This document shows, one piece after another, positions 58,861-64,000 of a stretch of 64,000 nucleotides of DNA (the first letter of the stretch is position 1; each line of letters starts with the position of its first letter). The notes beneath the pieces were generated by a model. That model was not told where the DNA came from, searched no databases, and saw only the letters and a program-made list of their open reading frames with translations. Position numbers and translations under genes: made by a program. The DNA is taken from positions 9,784-73,783 of the forward strand of contig CAVIDW010000002.1 of NCBI GenBank assembly GCA_963641945.1, given 5' to 3'. This stretch comes from a bacterium. GTDB taxonomy: Bacteria; Bacillota_I; Bacilli_A; RF39; UBA660.

Positions 58861-59372
58861 TTTAAATCTCCTTTCTCATCAAATATATTTAATAGTGAAT
58901 CTAACCTATTAATTACTTTAAATCCACTTGATTCTAATTCTTTTGAAAATCTCACTGATATTCCGCCATTCTTTTCCCATTCTCTTAAATTGCCTGAATA
59001 ATCATCAACTAATATTGCATCTTTGCTATGAACAACTAAAGTTTTAGATATTTCTTTTGGTACCATAATTATACTTATATCTCTAAATTTGCTTCTTAAG
59101 TATTTTACTTTTACTATTCCCTCTTCTAGTGAGTTAATATGTGTTAAAAAACTTATTTCAAACCTTTTACTATCTATTAATTTATTTATACATTCAATTG
59201 AATCATTTAAAATATTAGCATCATTAACGATACTATTAAAATCAAATGTAGACATAAATACTCTTACTTGAGCATTGTCTGATACATCTGTTCCACTTTT
59301 TTCTAATGCTGAATATAATGGTGGAATTGTATCCATAACTACACCATCAAAATCAATATAAAGTCTTCTCAT
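58857..59372 (-). CDS. HAD-superfamily hydrolase (5'-nucleotidase-like)
   Basis: The N-terminal motif YIDFDGVVMDT is a DxDG nucleophile motif. Its TGA stop overlaps the next start (ATGA). Confidence 0.5.
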   Translation of the reverse strand: MRRLYIDFDGVVMDTIPPLYSALEKSGTDVSDNAQVRVFMSTFDFNSIVNDANILNDSIECINKLIDSKRFEISFLTHINSLEEGIVKVKYLRSKFRDISIIMVPKEISKTLVVHSKDAILVDDYSGNLREWEKNGGISVRFSKELESSGFKVINRLDSLLNIFDEKGDLK

Positions 59373-59454
59373 TTTTATCACCTACTAACACTATAATATT
59401 TTATCATTATTTTGTCAAATCATAATAAAAGTGACTTTATGAGTCACATTTTAT

Positions 59455-60336
59455 TTAACAATCAAAATTTAATCCCTCTACATCAACATCTTTTGGAAAT
59501 GGATTACAAATAAATTCAATTAGTGTTCTATCTCCAAAGAAGTCAATATTAGTTATGTCGTTAATTTTAAATGCGTTATAACCTATGAATTGAATAGTTG
59601 ATGGAAATATTACTTTGGTCAAATTGTTTTTATCAAATGCATATGCATCTATATAGATTAAGCCTTCATTTAATGTTAATTTAGATATTTTGTTATTATA
59701 AAATGCATTTTCTCCAATAGATGTTACACTTGGTGGAATTATTATGTTTTCAATTTCATTATCTTTGAAAGCATTGTCTTTTATAACAGTTACTGTGTCT
59801 GGTATAATCACACTTTTAATTCCCATGTTACCATCACCACATGGATTATCTGTATCACACACATTTGAAAAAGCTGAACTTCCTATTATTTGAACTTTTA
59901 TTCCATCTATTTTTGAAGGAATAACGACATCATTTATCGCTTTATCATTATTATTAATTTTTATTATTCCTTCTTTTTCCAATTCTATGTACATTTTTGA
60001 AGGTATAGCTTTGTTAGCTATTGCATATTCAAGAGAATATTCTTGTGATTTATCATTTGTACAAAAGGCTAATGCTTTAGTTTCATCAAATAAATAATGA
60101 TTTACTAAATAGTCTCTGCATGCTTCTGCATCTAGCATTTTATATTCTGACATATCTACTTTACTTGTTTTACCGCAAAGATATTTTACTATTGTTCCTG
60201 TTTCTTTATCAAATTCAAAGCATTTATTATCTTCAGTGTCAGTGTTTGATGTGTTATTATCTTTCTTTGCACATCCACTAAATAGGAATGTGCAAAGAAA
60301 TAATAAAACTAAAATTCTTATAAAATATTTTTTCAT
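59455..60336 (-). CDS. lipoprotein with BspA-type leucine-rich repeats
   Basis: Lipobox LFSGC. Repeats of the form IPxxVxxIxxxAF (VIIPDTVTVIKDNAF, IIIPPSVTSIGENAF, VIFPSTIQFIGYNAF). Confidence 0.75.
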   Translation of the reverse strand: MKKYFIRILVLLFLCTFLFSGCAKKDNNTSNTDTEDNKCFEFDKETGTIVKYLCGKTSKVDMSEYKMLDAEACRDYLVNHYLFDETKALAFCTNDKSQEYSLEYAIANKAIPSKMYIELEKEGIIKINNNDKAINDVVIPSKIDGIKVQIIGSSAFSNVCDTDNPCGDGNMGIKSVIIPDTVTVIKDNAFKDNEIENIIIPPSVTSIGENAFYNNKISKLTLNEGLIYIDAYAFDKNNLTKVIFPSTIQFIGYNAFKINDITNIDFFGDRTLIEFICNPFPKDVDVEGLNFDC

Positions 60337-60338
60337 TA

Positions 60339-62852
60339 TTATTCAGCTCCTATCCATGTAATTCTTGCAGCTCCATCACCCATTTTTGCTGATTTTGCAT
60401 TAAGTGATTTTGATACAGAAGTTGTTTTGTTTGTTTTTGTATTAGTTGCTGATGATGTTGTGCAGTTATAACAATACATCACTTTATTTGTAAGATTGGT
60501 ATTTCCTATATAGCTTGAACCTCCTGCTCCATTTGTACTTGTGTATTCTCCAGTACCCTGGTATGCGTATCCACCATAATAGCCACCTCCAGCGCCTCCG
60601 CTTCCTTCAGCACCACAGTTATAATATCTATATGAGCGTCGTCCTGCTTGTCCTTGCCCGAAACTATAACCAGTTGTTTGGGTTGCGCCTATTGATTTAT
60701 TTCCTACTCCAGAAATGCCACCTGCATTAGGTCTTACTGTGTCACATTCGCCGCTTCCTTGGACTCCACCTCCACCTCCTGCAACAATAAGTATGTTACT
60801 TTTTTTATTATTTAGAGTTGATAATAGACCACTTGTTGTAGCAATATGTGTTGCTCCGCCTCCACCAGAACCACCAGCATATTTAAGATTTGAATCATCA
60901 TATGGATATGATGAACTAGAACCATATCCGCCAGAACCACCACCGTTATATCCACCTGCTCCTGGTGTTGTTATTGGAGGTAAACCTGCACCAGATGGAG
61001 AAGTTCTTCCGCCTGTTCCTCCTTTTCCACCAACATAAATGTAAAGTTTTGTTCCAGCAGTCAACTTTATTTGACCAGTTGCATAAGCACCATATCCGCC
61101 ATAGTTTAAGGGATTATAATACTCGTTTGGTAACGGATACGCCCATTGATATATATCTCCACCTTGTGCACCCCAAGTTTCAAGTTTATATATGCCTGTA
61201 ACTTTAACGTCATAAGTATAAGCTCCGCTCTTAGTAAATGATTTTGGTAAATCTGTTGGGGCATTTACTTCCCATCTTGCATACAATGTTTGAGTACTTG
61301 TTATCGTTACTTTTGTTGTGTTATATACTCTTGTTCCACCTGTATTAGATGTGTACCAACCGGTGAATACATACCCTGATCTGGTTGTAGTTGGTAATGT
61401 TCCATATGTACTATTATATGTAACTGTTTGATTTGCTGGTTGTGTTCCACCATTTGCATTGAATTTTATAGTATATTTATTTGCTTTCCATTGAGCATAT
61501 AATGTTTGTGCACCTGTTATTTTTACTTTTGATGCACTTGTTACTTGTGTTCCATTTAATGCAGATGTATACCATCCTTTTAATGTATATCCAACTCTTG
61601 ATGTTGTTGCAAGAGTTCCATATGGACTATCATATGTAACTGGCTTTGATGTTGGATTTGGAGTTGTTCCTCCACTTTGATTAAATGTTATGGTATATGT
61701 ATTTGCTTTCCATTGAGCATATAATGTTTGATTGCTTGTTATTGTTACCTTTGTTGTACTTGTAACTTGTGTTCCTCCAGAGTCTGCTGTATACCAACCT
61801 GTGAATGTATAACCAGTTCTTGTGGCTGTTATTCTTGATAAGTCTCCATATTCACTACCATAACTAACATCCTTTGTTGCAGTTGATCCCATTGTTCCAC
61901 CATTACCAACGAATGTTATTGTGTATAAATTTGGATTCCAATGTGCATATAATGTTTGATTGTTTGTTATCGTAACATCAGTAGTAGATGTTACTTTACT
62001 TCCACCATTTTTTTCTGTATACCATCCATCAAATGAATAACCTGTTCTTGTTGGTTCAGGCATACTACCATATTTTTCTTTATAAGTTACTTCTTGAGTA
62101 TAATTTGTAGGTGTTCCGCCATTAGAGTCTAAAGTGACAATATACTTTTTAGGTTCAAAATTTATTACACAATTTAAATCTCTATCTAATGACCTAATTG
62201 TTATTTTATTTCCTTCGACTAAGAAATAATTAGAAAAACAATTAGAAATATTTGATGATGAAATGTCATATCCTGGCGATGCAATAAAGTTAATTGATTT
62301 AGTTGTTCCTTTATCTATATACATTTCTTGTGGGCCTAAATTACTGCCAGATCCCAAATTACCATAACTTTCATTATTGCTTTTTAATCTTATCATGTAA
62401 GATTCAACAAAATACCATGGATTATTTATAGTTCCTTGTCCATTAACTTTTGCAAATGGCTGAATATATTCTGTAATTCTTACTGCAAGTCTATCATTCA
62501 TATGTTTTGAATATAGTGCATCAGATACGAAATAATAATTGTCTGTTCCATTCTTTGATGATGTCCAATATCCAATACCTGGAGCTAACCATGAACCCTT
62601 ATTATCTAAAGAAAGTTTGTATTCATATGAACTGATAAATCCTCCATTTTTAAAACTTCCTTGTGCTATATAACCATTTTTTTCATAATTGTAATATTTA
62701 TTCCCAACAACATTTATGTATCTTTTATAATTAGAAAAGTTTACAATATAATTGTCTGTTATCTTCATTCCATCATTATAAGTACTTGTGGCATTAATAA
62801 AAAATGGTATAAATGTTAATAAAAGTAAAACATATTTAATTGCTCTTTTCAT
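60339..62852 (-). CDS. secreted surface protein: N-terminal domain + 4 Flg_new (Listeria-Bacteroides) repeats + C-terminal glycine-rich (ALK/LTK-GRD-like) domain
   Basis: Signal peptide present. Four repeats of about 74 aa (GYxFxGWYT....G..V....V.I...QTLYAxW). The C-terminus reads YTYDVKVTGIYKLETWGAQGG...YIYVGGKGG...GGYNGGGSGG...GGSGGGGATHI...IVAGGGGG. Confidence 0.75.
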   Translation of the reverse strand: MKRAIKYVLLLLTFIPFFINATSTYNDGMKITDNYIVNFSNYKRYINVVGNKYYNYEKNGYIAQGSFKNGGFISSYEYKLSLDNKGSWLAPGIGYWTSSKNGTDNYYFVSDALYSKHMNDRLAVRITEYIQPFAKVNGQGTINNPWYFVESYMIRLKSNNESYGNLGSGSNLGPQEMYIDKGTTKSINFIASPGYDISSSNISNCFSNYFLVEGNKITIRSLDRDLNCVINFEPKKYIVTLDSNGGTPTNYTQEVTYKEKYGSMPEPTRTGYSFDGWYTEKNGGSKVTSTTDVTITNNQTLYAHWNPNLYTITFVGNGGTMGSTATKDVSYGSEYGDLSRITATRTGYTFTGWYTADSGGTQVTSTTKVTITSNQTLYAQWKANTYTITFNQSGGTTPNPTSKPVTYDSPYGTLATTSRVGYTLKGWYTSALNGTQVTSASKVKITGAQTLYAQWKANKYTIKFNANGGTQPANQTVTYNSTYGTLPTTTRSGYVFTGWYTSNTGGTRVYNTTKVTITSTQTLYARWEVNAPTDLPKSFTKSGAYTYDVKVTGIYKLETWGAQGGDIYQWAYPLPNEYYNPLNYGGYGAYATGQIKLTAGTKLYIYVGGKGGTGGRTSPSGAGLPPITTPGAGGYNGGGSGGYGSSSSYPYDDSNLKYAGGSGGGGATHIATTSGLLSTLNNKKSNILIVAGGGGGVQGSGECDTVRPNAGGISGVGNKSIGATQTTGYSFGQGQAGRRSYRYYNCGAEGSGGAGGGYYGGYAYQGTGEYTSTNGAGGSSYIGNTNLTNKVMYCYNCTTSSATNTKTNKTTSVSKSLNAKSAKMGDGAARITWIGAE
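61272..62147. repeat. in-frame tandem repeats (periods about 216-228 nt) encoding the Flg_new modules
   Basis: The 30-nt string ATTTGCTTTCCATTGAGCATATAATGTTTG occurs identically near 61480 and 61702. Related copies lie near 61266 and 61931. Confidence 0.85.
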
Positions 62853-62967
62853 ATCATCACCATTATTAATTTTATATCAACAATTATTTTTTTTCAATAA
62901 ATTGTTTGTAGTAAACTTAGGTTATATGTAAATATTTTTATAAAAATTTAAGAGGTTACTGCAATAT

Positions 62968-63004
62968 AAAAGACACATGATTATTAACTAACTTATGTGT
63001 CTTT
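62968..63004 (-). terminator. terminator after miaB
   Basis: AAAGACACAT-(16 nt)-ATGTGTCTTT, a 10-bp stem, followed on the minus strand by TATATT. Confidence 0.5.
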
Positions 63005-63011
63005 TGGCTTT

Positions 63012-64000
63012 TTATAGTGCTCTTCCATCTAATGAGAAACTTTTTGTATCATTTATTTCTACATCAGCTATTTTTCCTATTAATGATTTGCTTCCTTCAA
63101 TGTTAACTAGTTTCATATTTTCTGTGTATCCACATACTTTACTACTATCTTTTTCACTTAATCCTGTTACTAAACATTTAACAGTTTTACCCATCATCTT
63201 TTTATTTGCTTCATTGCTATACTTGTTAACTACTTCATTTAGTCTATGAAGTCTATCCATTTTTACTTCTTCACTTACAGTTTCTTTCATTAAAGCAGCT
63301 GGAGTATTTTCACGAGGACTGAATGCAAATGTAAAGGCACCATCAAATTTACATTTATTTACAACATCAAGTGTTTCTTCAAAATCTTCTTCTGTTTCAC
63401 CTGGAAATCCAACTATAATATCAGTTGTTATACTTGAACCTTTAACTTTTGAACGAATACTATCATATAATTTTAAATATTCTTCTTTTGTATATTTTCT
63501 ATTCATTAATTTTAATATTTTATTGCTACCTGATTGAAGTGGTAAATGAATATATGGCATTATGTTATCATATTCAGCTATTACGTCTATCATTTTTTCA
63601 GTGAAATCCCATGGATGTGATGTTACAAATCTAATTCTATCTATTTTAGTTTCGGCAACATCTTTAAGAAGATTTGCTAAATTGTAGTCATCATACAAAT
63701 CTTTTCCATATGCATTTACATTTTGACCAAGTAGTGTTACTTCTTTATATCCCAATTCTTTTAAATTTTTAACTTCATCAATTATATTTTCTTTTTTTCT
63801 ACTTCTTTGTTTTCCTCTTGTATATGGAACTATGCAATATGTACAAAACTTGTCGCATCCATATTGTATATCTACCCATGCTGAATAAATACTATCTCTA
63901 ATAACTGGTACGTTTTCAACAACATCTCCTTCGTAACTTAATACTTCTATTTGTTGTTTCTTTGTATCAATTTTATTTTTAATAATTGATAATAAATTAT
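63012..64000 (-). CDS. miaB: tRNA-2-methylthio-N6-dimethylallyladenosine synthase MiaB (5' end outside window)
   Basis: The track starts at an internal Met. My translation continues upstream in frame through IQYGCDKFCTYCIVPYTRGKQRS (radical-SAM CxxxCxxC) to the window edge. Downstream it reads LLGQNVNAYG and HLPLQSGSNKILKLMNRKY, followed by a TRAM-like C-terminus. Confidence 0.9.
   Translation of the reverse strand, partial: NLLSIIKNKIDTKKQQIEVLSYEGDVVENVPVIRDSIYSAWVDIQYGCDKFCTYCIVPYTRGKQRSRKKENIIDEVKNLKELGYKEVTLLGQNVNAYGKDLYDDYNLANLLKDVAETKIDRIRFVTSHPWDFTEKMIDVIAEYDNIMPYIHLPLQSGSNKILKLMNRKYTKEEYLKLYDSIRSKVKGSSITTDIIVGFPGETEEDFEETLDVVNKCKFDGAFTFAFSPRENTPAALMKETVSEEVKMDRLHRLNEVVNKYSNEANKKMMGKTVKCLVTGLSEKDSSKVCGYTENMKLVNIEGSKSLIGKIADVEINDTKSFSLDGRAL

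Noticed and set aside
60515-61201. Plus-strand ORFs, including a Pro-rich 107-aa ORF (60715-61038)
   Set aside because: They are antisense to the GGN-rich glycine domain, because CCN is the complement of GGN. They have no RBS and lie entirely inside a well-supported minus-strand gene.
61272-62147. Regularly spaced repeats as a possible CRISPR array
   Set aside because: The period is about 220 nt, the repeats are in frame and translate to Flg_new protein modules, and there is no short repeat/spacer organisation or any cas gene.
1-64000. Mobile elements, prophage, defence islands, toxin-antitoxin pairs, rRNA
   Set aside because: I looked for integrase, transposase, terminal inverted repeats, phage structural genes, restriction-modification or Cas-like motifs and rRNA-like conserved blocks, and recognised none. 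The two tRNA genes are not flanked by integration scars that I can see.

Overview
Visibly AT-rich Bacillota chromosome segment (Bacilli/Erysipelotrichia-like) that uses the standard genetic code. It holds about 58 protein-coding genes, roughly nine tenths on the minus strand, plus tRNA-Arg(CCU), tRNA-Ala(UGC) and a type-B RNase P RNA. The backbone is housekeeping, in Bacillus-like synteny blocks: rplJ-rplL-methyltransferase-rpoB-rpoC, cdaA-cdaR, recD2, cdsA-rseP, rnj, (ymfM-like)-pgsA-recA, gpsB-rnpB, priA-fmt and miaB. I saw no transposase, integrase, phage, CRISPR or recognisable defence genes. Unusual content: (1) At the left edge, right after the rpoC terminator, sits a compact type VIIb-secretion-like locus. 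It runs yukD-essC, then a transcriptionally insulated two-hairpin WXG/LXG-like gene, a Cys-rich helical protein, and a >513-aa zinc-ribbon membrane protein that the ORF track missed. No essA/essB/esaA is in view. This is my best candidate for an undescribed system. (2) An overlapping sensor-kinase pair in which the hybrid kinase has Tyr in place of the phospho-accepting His. (3) A GGGtGRT + NifU-like operon of unknown function. (4) Large surface proteins: an M6-like metalloprotease with Fn3 repeats, and a Flg_new-repeat protein ending in an ALK/LTK-like glycine-rich domain next to a BspA-type LRR lipoprotein. (5) Gene decay: a yvcK remnant, a frameshifted and nonsense-interrupted DUF5684 gene, and an M15 peptidase paralogue lacking its metal and catalytic residues. 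All function calls rest on motif recognition in the supplied translations and my own hand translations. No database search or folding program was available.
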